Assembly (NCBI RefSeq): GCF_048403405.1
Contig: NZ_CP183129.1
Reading direction: 5' to 3' (one strand)
DNA: 64,000 nt
From: Escherichia coli
Lineage (GTDB): Bacteria; Pseudomonadota; Gammaproteobacteria; Enterobacterales; Enterobacteriaceae
Below the pieces are notes generated by a model. It saw only the letters and a program-made list of their open reading frames with translations, did not search any database and was not told the origin of the DNA. The position numbers and the translations under genes were made by a program. Shown one piece after another: positions 22,154-35,284 of the stretch. Within the stretch, counting starts at the first letter, position 1, and every line of letters starts with the position of its first letter.

Positions 22154-23239
22154 ATGGCTGGAAACACAATTGGACAACTCTTTCGCGTAACCACCTTCGG
22201 CGAATCGCACGGGCTGGCGCTCGGCTGCATCGTCGATGGTGTTCCGCCAGGCATTCCGCTGACGGAAGCGGACCTGCAACATGACCTTGATCGTCGTCGC
22301 CCTGGGACATCGCGCTATACCACCCAGCGCCGCGAGCCGGATCAGGTCAAAATACTCTCCGGTGTTTTTGAAGGTGTTACTACCGGCACCAGCATTGGCT
22401 TGTTGATCGAAAATACCGACCAGCGTTCTCAGGATTACAGCGCCATTAAAGACGTTTTCCGTCCAGGCCATGCCGATTACACCTACGAACAAAAATACGG
22501 CCTGCGCGATTATCGCGGCGGCGGGCGCTCTTCCGCCCGCGAAACCGCCATGCGCGTGGCGGCAGGGGCGATTGCAAAAAAATATCTCGCCGAGAAATTT
22601 GGCATTGAGATTCGCGGCTGCCTGACCCAGATGGGTGACATTCCGCTGGAAATCAAAGACTGGTCGCAGGTCGAGCAAAATCCGTTTTTCTGCCCGGACC
22701 CGGACAAAATCGACGCGTTAGATGCACTGATGCGCGCGCTGAAAAAAGAGGGCGACTCCATCGGCGCGAAAGTCACCGTTGTTGCCAGTGGCGTCCCCGC
22801 CGGACTTGGCGAGCCGGTCTTTGATCGCCTGGATGCCGACATCGCCCATGCGCTGATGAGCATCAACGCGGTGAAAGGCGTAGAAATTGGTGATGGTTTT
22901 GACGTGGTAGCGCTGCGTGGCAGCCAGAACCGCGACGAAATCACCAAAGACGGTTTCCAGAGCAACCATGCGGGCGGCATTCTTGGCGGTATCAGCAGCG
23001 GGCAGCAAATCATTGCCCATATGGCGCTGAAGCCAACCTCCAGCATTACCGTGCCAGGGCGTACCATTAACCGCTTTGGCGAAGAAGTTGAGATGATCAC
23101 CAAAGGCCGTCACGATCCTTGTGTCGGGATCCGTGCGGTGCCGATCGCAGAAGCGATGCTGGCGATCGTTTTAATGGATCACCTGTTACGGCAACGGGCG
23201 CAAAATGCCGATGTGAAGACTGATATTCCACGCTGGTAA
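22154..23239 (+). CDS. aroC: Chorismate synthase AroC
   Basis: 361-aa product [20 protein letters not shown]... Confidence 0.95.
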   Translation: MAGNTIGQLFRVTTFGESHGLALGCIVDGVPPGIPLTEADLQHDLDRRRPGTSRYTTQRREPDQVKILSGVFEGVTTGTSIGLLIENTDQRSQDYSAIKDVFRPGHADYTYEQKYGLRDYRGGGRSSARETAMRVAAGAIAKKYLAEKFGIEIRGCLTQMGDIPLEIKDWSQVEQNPFFCPDPDKIDALDALMRALKKEGDSIGAKVTVVASGVPAGLGEPVFDRLDADIAHALMSINAVKGVEIGDGFDVVALRGSQNRDEITKDGFQSNHAGGILGGISSGQQIIAHMALKPTSSITVPGRTINRFGEEVEMITKGRHDPCVGIRAVPIAEAMLAIVLMDHLLRQRAQNADVKTDIPRW

Positions 23240-23242
23240 AAA

Positions 23243-24067
23243 ATGAACAAAACCGCGATTGCGCTACTGGCCCTGCTTGCCAGTAGCGCCAGCCTGGCAG
23301 CGACGCCGTGGCAAAAAATAACCCAACCTGTGCCGGGTAGCGCACAATCGATAGGCAGTTTTTCTAATGGCTGTATCGTCGGCGCTGACACGCTGCCGAT
23401 ACAGTCCGAACATTATCAGGTCATGCGTACCGATCAGCGCCGCTATTTCGGACACCCGGATCTGGTGATGTTTATCCAGCGTCTGAGTAGCCAGGTGAGC
23501 AATCTGGGCTTGGGCACGGTGCTGATTGGCGATATGGGGATGCCTGCTGGTGGTCGTTTCAACGGCGGTCACGCCAGCCACCAGACCGGACTGGATGTTG
23601 ATATCTTCCTGCAACTGCCAAAAACACGCTGGACCTCCGCGCAGCTCTTGCGCCCGCAAGCGTTAGATTTAGTTTCCCGCGACGGTAAACACGTTGTCCC
23701 GACGCTGTGGAAGCCGGAAATTTTCAGCTTGATCAAACTCGCCGCCCAGGACAAAGACGTCACGCGCATTTTTGTTAATCCGGCGATTAAACAACAACTT
23801 TGCCTTGATGCGGGCACCGATCGCGACTGGTTGCGCAAAGTGCGACCCTGGTTCCAGCATCGCGCGCATATGCATGTACGATTACGTTGTCCTGCCGATA
23901 GTCTGGAGTGTGAAGATCAACCTTTACCGCCACCGGGCGATGGTTGCGGGGCAGAACTGCAAAGCTGGTTTGAACCTCCAAAACCGGGAACAACAAAGCC
24001 TGAGAAGAAGACACCGCCTCCGTTGCCGCCTTCCTGCCAGGCGCTACTGGATGAGCACGTGATCTAA
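23243..24067 (+). CDS. mepA: Penicillin-insensitive murein DD-endopeptidase MepA
   Basis: 274-aa product with signal peptide; stop overlaps the ATG at 24067. Confidence 0.95.
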   Translation: MNKTAIALLALLASSASLAATPWQKITQPVPGSAQSIGSFSNGCIVGADTLPIQSEHYQVMRTDQRRYFGHPDLVMFIQRLSSQVSNLGLGTVLIGDMGMPAGGRFNGGHASHQTGLDVDIFLQLPKTRWTSAQLLRPQALDLVSRDGKHVVPTLWKPEIFSLIKLAAQDKDVTRIFVNPAIKQQLCLDAGTDRDWLRKVRPWFQHRAHMHVRLRCPADSLECEDQPLPPPGDGCGAELQSWFEPPKPGTTKPEKKTPPPLPPSCQALLDEHVI

Positions 24068-24131
24068 TGGAAACGTTTAATAGCCTGTTTATGGTTTCCC
24101 CGCTGTTGCTGGGAGTTCTCTTTTTGTCGCC

Positions 24132-24875
24132 ATGCTGGCGGGATTTATCGACTCGATTGCCGGTGGCGGTGGGTTACTCACCATTCCGGCATTGATGGCA
24201 GCGGGGATGTCTCCCGCTAATGCGCTGGCAACCAATAAACTGCAAGCCTGCGGCGGCTCTATTTCCGCCACTATCTACTTTATTCGCCGCAAAGTGGTTA
24301 GTTTAAGCGATCAGAAACTCAATATTGCCATGACCTTTGTCGGCTCAATGAGCGGCGCACTGTTGGTACAGTACGTTCAGGCTGATGTCTTACGGCAGAT
24401 TTTGCCCATTCTGGTGATTTGTATCGGCCTCTATTTCTTGCTGATGCCAAAGCTGGGTGAAGAAGATCGCCAGCGCCGGATGTACGGTTTACCCTTCGCG
24501 TTAATTGCCGGTGGCTGCGTCGGTTTTTATGACGGATTCTTTGGTCCGGCAGCCGGATCGTTTTACGCGCTGGCCTTTGTTACGCTGTGCGGATTCAACC
24601 TCGCCAAAGCCACGGCTCACGCCAAATTACTCAACGCAACGTCAAATATCGGCGGTTTACTGCTGTTTATTCTCGGTGGCAAAGTGATTTGGGCGACAGG
24701 ATTCGTGATGCTGGTGGGGCAGTTCCTCGGCGCGCGCATGGGTTCACGACTGGTGTTGAGCAAAGGACAAAAGCTGATCCGCCCGATGATTGTTATTGTC
24801 TCAGCGGTGATGAGTGCCAAATTACTTTACGATAGCCACGGACAGGAGATCCTCCACTGGTTGGGGATGAACTAA
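24132..24875 (+). CDS. yfcA: TauE/SafE-family membrane protein YfcA, N-terminally disrupted by an apparent frameshift
   Basis: 247-aa ORF from an internal Met. The expected start at 24067 (coupled to the mepA stop) encodes [19 protein letters not shown] in another frame and stops after 37 codons; the frames differ at the T5 run at 24121-24125. Confidence 0.6.
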   Translation: MLAGFIDSIAGGGGLLTIPALMAAGMSPANALATNKLQACGGSISATIYFIRRKVVSLSDQKLNIAMTFVGSMSGALLVQYVQADVLRQILPILVICIGLYFLLMPKLGEEDRQRRMYGLPFALIAGGCVGFYDGFFGPAAGSFYALAFVTLCGFNLAKATAHAKLLNATSNIGGLLLFILGGKVIWATGFVMLVGQFLGARMGSRLVLSKGQKLIRPMIVIVSAVMSAKLLYDSHGQEILHWLGMN

Positions 24876-25423
24876 TGAACAGTACACACCACTATGAGCA
24901 GTTGATTGAAATTTTTAATAGCTGCTTTGCCGATGATTTTAATACCCGTCTGATTAAAGGCGACGACGAACCGATCTATCTTCCTGCTGATGCGGAAGTA
25001 CCGTATAACCGAATCGTCTTTGCTCATGGCTTTTATGCCAGCGCAATTCATGAGATTTCGCACTGGTGTATTGCCGGGAAAGCGCGCCGTGAGCTGGTTG
25101 ATTTCGGCTACTGGTATTGTCCCGACGGACGCGATGCCCAAACGCAAAGCCAGTTTGAAGATGTTGAAGTGAAGCCGCAGGCGCTGGACTGGTTGTTCTG
25201 TGTGGCGGCGGGATATCCGTTTAACGTCAGTTGCGACAATCTGGAAGGCGACTTCGAACCGGATCGTGTGGTGTTTCAACGGCGGGTACATGCACAGGTG
25301 ATGGATTATCTGGAAAACGGCATTCCTGAACGCCCGGCACGCTTCATTAAAGCATTACAAAATTATTATCACACGCCGGAACTTACGGCGGAACAGTTCC
25401 CGTGGCCGGAAGCGCTCAACTAA
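24875..25423 (+). CDS. epmC: Elongation factor P hydroxylase EpmC (YfcM)
   Basis: 182-aa product recognised by sequence. Confidence 0.9.
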   Translation: MNSTHHYEQLIEIFNSCFADDFNTRLIKGDDEPIYLPADAEVPYNRIVFAHGFYASAIHEISHWCIAGKARRELVDFGYWYCPDGRDAQTQSQFEDVEVKPQALDWLFCVAAGYPFNVSCDNLEGDFEPDRVVFQRRVHAQVMDYLENGIPERPARFIKALQNYYHTPELTAEQFPWPEALN

Positions 25424-25456
25424 AGCCAGCGCCACGTTTTACAATGAGGAAAGAAG

Positions 25457-25735
25457 ATGATCGCGGAGTTTGAATCACGCATTCTGGCATTAATCGACGG
25501 TATGGTTGACCATGCCAGTGATGATGAGTTGTTTGCCAGTGGGTATTTGCGTGGCCACCTGACATTAGCCATCGCAGAACTGGAAAGTGGTGATGACCAC
25601 TCCGCCCAGGCGGTACATACAACCGTTAGCCAGAGTCTGGAAAAAGCCATTGGTGCCGGTGAATTGTCGCCGCGTGACCAGGCGCTGGTGACCGATATGT
25701 GGGAAAACCTGTTTCAGCAGGCGTCACAGCAGTAA
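25457..25735 (+). CDS. yfcL: Small conserved protein YfcL
   Basis: 92-aa product [25 protein letters not shown]... Confidence 0.85.
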
Positions 25736-25743
25736 GTAATGTG

Positions 25744-25775
25744 CCGGATGCGGCGTTCACGCCATATCCGGCAAG
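25744..25775. repeat. REP element
   Basis: GCCGGATGCGGCGTTCACGCCATATCCGGCA, the classic REP palindrome. Confidence 0.7.
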
Positions 25776-25790
25776 CAATGCCAGAGCAGA

Positions 25791-27863
<2,073 letters not shown>

Positions 27864-27874
27864 CTATTAATTGG

Positions 27875-27908
27875 CTGATCGGACTTGTTCGGCGTACAAG
27901 TGTACGCT
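27875..27908. promoter_or_regulatory. fabB operator region with FabR-type palindrome
   Basis: GGCGTACAAGTGTACGCT (inverted repeat CGTACA-N2-TGTACG) about 50 nt upstream of fabB, adjacent to CTGATCGGACTTGTTCG; matches the fabB FadR/FabR control region as I recall it. Confidence 0.5.
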
Positions 27909-27955
27909 ATTGTGCATTCGAAACTTACTCTATGTGCGACTTACAGAGGTATTGA

Positions 27956-29176
27956 ATGAAACGTGCAGTGATTACTGGCCTGGGCATTGTTTCCAGCATC
28001 GGTAATAACCAGCAGGAAGTCCTGGCATCTCTGCGTGAAGGACGTTCAGGGATCACTTTCTCTCAGGAGCTGAAGGATTCCGGCATGCGTAGCCACGTCT
28101 GGGGCAACGTAAAACTGGATACCACTGGCCTCATTGACCGCAAAGTTGTGCGCTTTATGAGCGACGCATCCATTTATGCATTCCTTTCTATGGAGCAGGC
28201 AATTGCAGATGCTGGCCTCTCCCCGGAAGCTTACCAGAATAACCCGCGCGTTGGCCTGATTGCAGGTTCTGGCGGCGGTTCCCCGCGTTTCCAGGTCTTC
28301 GGCGCTGACGCAATGCGCGGCCCGCGCGGCCTGAAAGCGGTTGGCCCGTATGTGGTCACCAAAGCGATGGCATCTGGCGTTTCTGCCTGCCTCGCCACGC
28401 CGTTTAAAATTCACGGCGTTAACTACTCCATCAGCTCCGCGTGTGCGACCTCCGCACACTGTATCGGTAACGCAGTAGAGCAGATCCAACTGGGCAAACA
28501 GGACATCGTGTTTGCTGGCGGCGGCGAAGAGCTGTGCTGGGAAATGGCTTGCGAATTCGACGCAATGGGCGCGCTGTCTACCAAATACAACGACACCCCG
28601 GAAAAAGCCTCCCGTACTTATGACGCTCACCGTGACGGTTTCGTTATCGCTGGCGGCGGCGGTATGGTGGTGGTCGAAGAACTGGAACACGCGTTGGCAC
28701 GTGGTGCTCATATCTACGCTGAAATCGTTGGCTACGGCGCAACGTCTGATGGCGCAGACATGGTTGCTCCGTCTGGCGAAGGCGCAGTGCGTTGCATGAA
28801 GATGGCGATGCACGGTGTTGATACCCCAATCGACTACCTGAACTCCCACGGTACTTCGACTCCGGTTGGCGACGTGAAAGAGCTGGCGGCTATCCGTGAA
28901 GTGTTCGGCGATAAGAGCCCGGCGATTTCTGCAACCAAAGCAATGACCGGTCACTCTCTGGGCGCTGCTGGCGTACAGGAAGCTATCTACTCTCTGCTGA
29001 TGCTGGAACACGGCTTTATCGCCCCGAGCATCAACATTGAAGAGCTGGACGAGCAGGCTGCGGGTCTGAACATCGTGACCGAAACGACCGATCGCGAACT
29101 GACCACCGTTATGTCTAACAGCTTCGGCTTCGGCGGCACCAACGCCACGCTGGTAATGCGCAAGCTGAAAGATTAA
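27956..29176 (+). CDS. fabB: 3-oxoacyl-ACP synthase I FabB
   Basis: 406-aa KAS I product recognised by sequence. Confidence 0.95.
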
Positions 29177-29184
29177 TTCGCAGT

Positions 29185-29250
29185 AGGCCGGAGTAGGTCG
29201 GATAAGACGCGCCAGCGTCGCATCCAACATTACGCGCCAATGCGGCATCC
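29185..29250. repeat. REP/BIME-like repeat cluster
   Basis: GCCGGAGTAGGTCGGATAAGACGCGCCAGCGTCGCATCC...GCGGCATCCGACA, REP-type palindromes downstream of fabB. Confidence 0.55.
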
Positions 29251-29265
29251 GACACTAACGCAAAA

Positions 29266-29288
29266 GGGAACCTGATGGTTCCCTTTTT
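29266..29288 (+). terminator. Rho-independent terminator after fabB
   Basis: GGGAACC-tgat-GGTTCCC followed by TTTTTCA. Confidence 0.7.
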
Positions 29289-29448
29289 CACATTATTGAC
29301 AATCGCCGCCTGTTCCAGGCAAACTTCCCGCTTTGTCGATTTCCTTCTGAAAAGACGTACGCGTTAAATCCTGCCAACGCACCGTAACCCTGAAAACCAG
29401 AGAGATGAGACGGGGAAATTCCTCGCCTTGCGCTGCATTCTGGAGTAA

Positions 29449-31622
<2,174 letters not shown>

Positions 31623-31720
31623 TACGTATCCTTATACCTGAAATCTTCGCAAGTATGCCTGGCCGCGAGATTATGGCACACTTGTCCGGTTAACTCTCGT
31701 CTCATACAGGTAACACAAAC

Positions 31721-31765
31721 GTGAAAATCCTTGTTGATGAAAAAAATGATGACTTAATTTATTGA
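31721..31765 (+). pseudogene. pdxB: Probable 5' remnant of pdxB (first ~7 codons, then a stop)
   Basis: GTG AAA ATC CTT GTT GAT GAA reads VKILVDE, resembling the PdxB N-terminus MKILVDENMPYA recalled from K-12, then diverges into AT-rich sequence and stops after 14 codons. Confidence 0.4.
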
Positions 31766-31819
31766 TGTAAAAGGATTTATGTCAGCGCGTGTCCACGCAG
31801 TGACCACATTTTCGAGTTA

Positions 31820-31861
31820 CAGATAACACAAAGCCCGTTTTCACGGGCTTTGTGTTATCTG
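31820..31861. other. Perfect 18-bp-stem hairpin just inside the element junction
   Basis: CAGATAACACAAAGCCCG-tttt ca-CGGGCTTTGTGTTATCTG, exact reverse-complement arms; lies 30 nt downstream of the stop of the 31891-32784 gene. Confidence 0.8.
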
Positions 31862-31890
31862 TGATTGTGGCTAAGCCACATGATTTAATA

Positions 31891-32784
31891 CTATTTCCAG
31901 TTACAAGCAGCTTGAAGCGGTTTTAGCGCGTTTGACAGGCCGTTTAAATTGAAAGTTGCACTTACGGGGCTCTCATTATAAGGCGTTATTTTTGTATACA
32001 TTTTGCTTGAGTTGGCTAGTTTTCGGATGAAATCAATGTCATTACCTTTATAAAAAACAGCCTTTGTATCTGTAGATACTAGCCAGTTTCGCTCAACTGC
32101 TTTCTGTTTATCAAGGCGATAAAGCATGCTGGTTTGTTCAAGGCCTAAATATACATCCCAACTAAGAAATACTTCGGTTTTCTTTTCTCGGCAAGCTATA
32201 AAAAGAGTAGGAGTAACCGCTTCTCCAAATGGAGTTCTGATATAATCATCACTTTCTAACGATAAAATTACATTTTTCGAATCATCAATTGGCGATGTAG
32301 TAATGGATGTGTGCCATTTTCCTACATCTGTGGCTTTCTCTAATTTTGATTCAGCTTGAGCGATTTTATCCTGTGGGAATAGTTTATCGTAGCAGTTTAG
32401 TCTGGCTTCTTTATCATTTTCTGCACGACATTTAGATATCTCAGAAAGATTTGGTTGCTGAGCCTCTGTTGTTACTGGCTTTTCCGTTTTAGATTTTGAG
32501 TTTACAGATGGAGTAAATGTTGGAGAAAAGAAACGATCATAACAAGATAAACGTCTATCATCATCTTTCTCATCAGGGCATTGATCTCTGCTTTCGAATT
32601 TTTCAGCAACTTTCGTTCGAGTCGGTTGTATTGACTTATCGTAACAAGAAAGTCTGTCTTTATTATTTTCTATTGCTCGGCACTGGAGTACTGCATTGAA
32701 GTTCTTATGTTCAGTTGCTGCTTGAACAGGCAGTACACTAATTGATATAAATGATGCACCTATAGAAAAAATTATATTTTTCAT
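31891..32784 (-). CDS. AT-rich secreted protein with three Cys-Tyr-Asp repeat motifs, unknown function
   Basis: 297-aa ORF with signal peptide (MKNIIFSIGASFISISVLPVQA) and three repeats RLSCYDK / RLSCYDR / RLNCYDK; visibly AT-rich. Confidence 0.7.
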   Translation of the reverse strand: MKNIIFSIGASFISISVLPVQAATEHKNFNAVLQCRAIENNKDRLSCYDKSIQPTRTKVAEKFESRDQCPDEKDDDRRLSCYDRFFSPTFTPSVNSKSKTEKPVTTEAQQPNLSEISKCRAENDKEARLNCYDKLFPQDKIAQAESKLEKATDVGKWHTSITTSPIDDSKNVILSLESDDYIRTPFGEAVTPTLFIACREKKTEVFLSWDVYLGLEQTSMLYRLDKQKAVERNWLVSTDTKAVFYKGNDIDFIRKLANSSKMYTKITPYNESPVSATFNLNGLSNALKPLQAACNWK

Positions 32785-32788
32785 TTTA

Positions 32789-33121
32789 TTATCCCTTTGG
32801 TTTAGTAAGAAATACTAAAATTCCGATAATGATATCGCCAATAACCCATAAGCTTCCAATGGTAATTAAACCTAAGCCTGTACCAATAACTGCACCGGCT
32901 TTTTCGGCATCGGATGTGGCATTATTTATTATTTCACTAGTGCCTCCTAGTCCAACTAAAAGCGTATAGATCATAAAAATATTAAATAATATAAAAACCC
33001 ACTTAATGATCCGTCCAAAAAATGAACGCTTAAGTTTTTGCAGTTGTTTACCACAAGCAGGGCAATACAATGCTGAATCGCTCACCTCTTTCTGGCATTC
33101 AGGACATTTGATTAATGCCAT
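32789..33121 (-). CDS. Zinc-ribbon membrane protein, unknown function
   Basis: 110-aa ORF with N-terminal CPEC-x12-CPAC zinc ribbon and two hydrophobic helices; 4 nt upstream of the repeat-protein gene, forming an operon. Confidence 0.65.
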   Translation of the reverse strand: MALIKCPECQKEVSDSALYCPACGKQLQKLKRSFFGRIIKWVFILFNIFMIYTLLVGLGGTSEIINNATSDAEKAGAVIGTGLGLITIGSLWVIGDIIIGILVFLTKPKG

Positions 33122-33383
33122 GTAATCCGCCTCCTTTGGATTAATACGAGTTGATATTTGTTACAAAACATTTTGATTTTATCAGATTTATTTTTATTGA
33201 TAAGTGTCAATTGATTAGCTGGTATAGAGTGAGGCATATAGAAGGGCTGGTCTGTATCAGTATGTGATGCAAAAATCCCACAGTTTCATGGAATTTTTGC
33301 ATTTAGAGCTGTGAGATAGGGTGCCTTATCGACCTTACCCTGGCAACCGATTGACGGGGGATTACTCCCCCGTCGCGGTTTCC

Positions 33384-33524
33384 TTACTGCTTACACTGTA
33401 AGAACGCCGCAAACTCCGCTCCCCAGAAGCTCATCCGTATTTCACACAGCGAACCGTGCAGCATCCAGATGATGAGGATTACCGTCACGCAGAACGTGAT
33501 GGCCGTAAGCGATTTTTGCGACAT
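33384..33524 (-). CDS. Hok/Gef-family type I toxin-like small membrane protein
   Basis: 46-aa ORF MSQKSLTAITFCVTVILIIWMLHGSLCEIRMSFWGAEFAAFLQCKQ with AAGGAG 7 nt upstream; carries the Hok signature SLCEIR-6 residues-E-x-AAF after a TM helix. Confidence 0.6.
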   Translation of the reverse strand: MSQKSLTAITFCVTVILIIWMLHGSLCEIRMSFWGAEFAAFLQCKQ

Positions 33525-33714
33525 AGCGCTTGCTCCTTTTTCGGGGAGGCGCTAACCTATCACTTGCTTAGGGTAGACGGTTAGGGCCTCGGTTAAACAA
33601 AAGTGTTTTCCGGGGCCTTTCCACATCCGGCCATCGGGTATTCCCTCCGACCATCAGCCGAAAGGCACCCGCGCGTAATCTATCGCTTTTTTGTTACTCC
33701 GGCAATTCTGCCTG

Positions 33715-33975
33715 TTAATTCTGAGGTAAAGGCAAACTCATCTGATTGTTTCCCCTGTGTGAAGCTGGCAGCTCATGCCACGGGATACCTTCTGAAGAGT
33801 GAACGCCGGAGGCGTGTTTTGATGTGAATTTATGGAAGGCTTCCAGTGTTGAGAAGCATACGCCGCATTCCAGATTGTTACACTGGTAATACTTTTGCCG
33901 CACGGTGTTTGAATCATTTTCCGGACGACTGGTGCGGATACGGGCAGATGCGCCACAAAGCGGACAACGGAACAT
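33715..33975 (-). CDS. ogr: Ogr/Delta-family zinc-finger late transcription activator
   Basis: N-terminus MFRCPLCGASARIRTSR with a second Cys pair (CNNLECGVC), as in P2 Ogr. Confidence 0.85.
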   Translation of the reverse strand: MFRCPLCGASARIRTSRPENDSNTVRQKYYQCNNLECGVCFSTLEAFHKFTSKHASGVHSSEGIPWHELPASHRGNNQMSLPLPQN

Positions 33976-34017
33976 AGCGACCTCCCTTAACGTGGTGCTG
34001 CCGCTATTCTAAGTTGC

Positions 34018-35127
34018 TCACTCTGTTTCCGCTATCCATTCCGGGATTTTTGCCTCAAGCTCAAGCTGCGTGGTAAAGCCGCTGTTATCAATAGTGTGCT
34101 CGGCTTTTGCAATGATCCAGTCCTGATTATCAATCTCGCTTTTAAATCCTGTTACCGTACCATGCATTTCGGGGTAGAGTTCTGCACGTCCACGCGCCAG
34201 CGTGATGGAGAATGATGCGGCTCCGCGTTGTAGTTGCTGCCACTTTGCCGCCGCTGCGCGTCTTGCTGCCTGTTCGTTCTGATAGGTCTTGCGTAACACA
34301 AACACATTGCCTTCCGCGCCTTCCATATAATCACCTTCACGGCTGCTGCTTTTCTCCTTTTGGGGTTTTGGTGGTTTGCGGCGTTTCACGCTGACTTTTT
34401 TCTTTTCCCCGTAATTAAGATCAAGCCAGTAGGCGCGTACCCCCGTATACGCCTCGCGGTCAGCAATACGGAACTGATGGCGATCGCCGCTGCTGCGTGT
34501 AATGGCGAACGAGGGCAACGGCTGGCCCTGTGCGTTCACGCCACCACCTGGCATGATGAATAACAGATTGCCGCTTTTTACCGTGGTGATTGCGCCCAGC
34601 ATTTCCGCCATGCGCGTAAGGAAGGACATGTCGCTTTCTTCGGTCTGGTCGGCGTGGTCGATTTCGATATCCATCAGCATTTCGCTGATTTGTGGTTTCA
34701 GACCATACCGATGAGCGATGGCGGATACCACACGCTCAACGGTCACATCATGCCAGGACACCTCACGTTTAACGTTAAATTCATCCCGAAAATCTGCGCT
34801 TCTGGCTGAAACAGTCAGCCTGTCCGGCGGTCCTTCGTGAGCGATTTCATCAACAATGTAAGTGCCTTTTTCTGTCAGCGGTTCTCCTTTCCAGCCAATG
34901 AGAACCGTCAGGCGCGCGCCCCGTGGCGGTAGCTGCAACTGACCATCCGCATCATCCAGCGTGATGGTGAGCTGGTCCGCCTCAAATCCCCGGTTGTCGG
35001 TCAGTGACAGGCTCATCAGGCGCTCTGCCACGCCTGACAGCGTTTTACCCTCCGCGAGAATATCAAAATCCGGCATTTTCACGGGGTCTGTGCCCTGACT
35101 GAGCAATTGCATGGTGGTGTCGGTCAT
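34018..35127 (-). CDS. D: Phage tail protein D (late control gene D family)
   Basis: ATG at 35127 preceded by GGGAGGGAA; about 370 aa, gpD-like; the track ORF is extended 44 codons upstream. Confidence 0.8.
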   Translation of the reverse strand: MTDTTMQLLSQGTDPVKMPDFDILAEGKTLSGVAERLMSLSLTDNRGFEADQLTITLDDADGQLQLPPRGARLTVLIGWKGEPLTEKGTYIVDEIAHEGPPDRLTVSARSADFRDEFNVKREVSWHDVTVERVVSAIAHRYGLKPQISEMLMDIEIDHADQTEESDMSFLTRMAEMLGAITTVKSGNLLFIMPGGGVNAQGQPLPSFAITRSSGDRHQFRIADREAYTGVRAYWLDLNYGEKKKVSVKRRKPPKPQKEKSSSREGDYMEGAEGNVFVLRKTYQNEQAARRAAAAKWQQLQRGAASFSITLARGRAELYPEMHGTVTGFKSEIDNQDWIIAKAEHTIDNSGFTTQLELEAKIPEWIAETE

Positions 35128-35284
35128 CTGTTCCCTCCCTGTGCGGCATGGTCGCATGTGCGTGCGGAGGGGGTTACTGCTTTTTGTTGTCGCCGGGTCG
35201 GGAGAACGGCGCAGGGGTGAGATTACGCGCGTGGTGGGTGATGATTGTTGCCGAATCATTTAACGGATACAAGGGGCTGAAGCT

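Noticed and set aside
28046-29248. 400-aa ORF antisense to fabB, plus many other 60-200-aa antisense or overlapping ORFs in the track (e.g. 3372-4135, 9455-10762, 22067-23113, 60808-61849)
   Set aside because: They lie entirely within or opposite well-supported genes, lack plausible starts and RBSs, and are the usual shadow ORFs of GC-rich coding sequence.
33540-33714. A mok-like overlapping reading frame upstream of the Hok-like ORF
   Set aside because: The upstream ATGs in this leader all terminate before the toxin ORF, so no mok equivalent is called.
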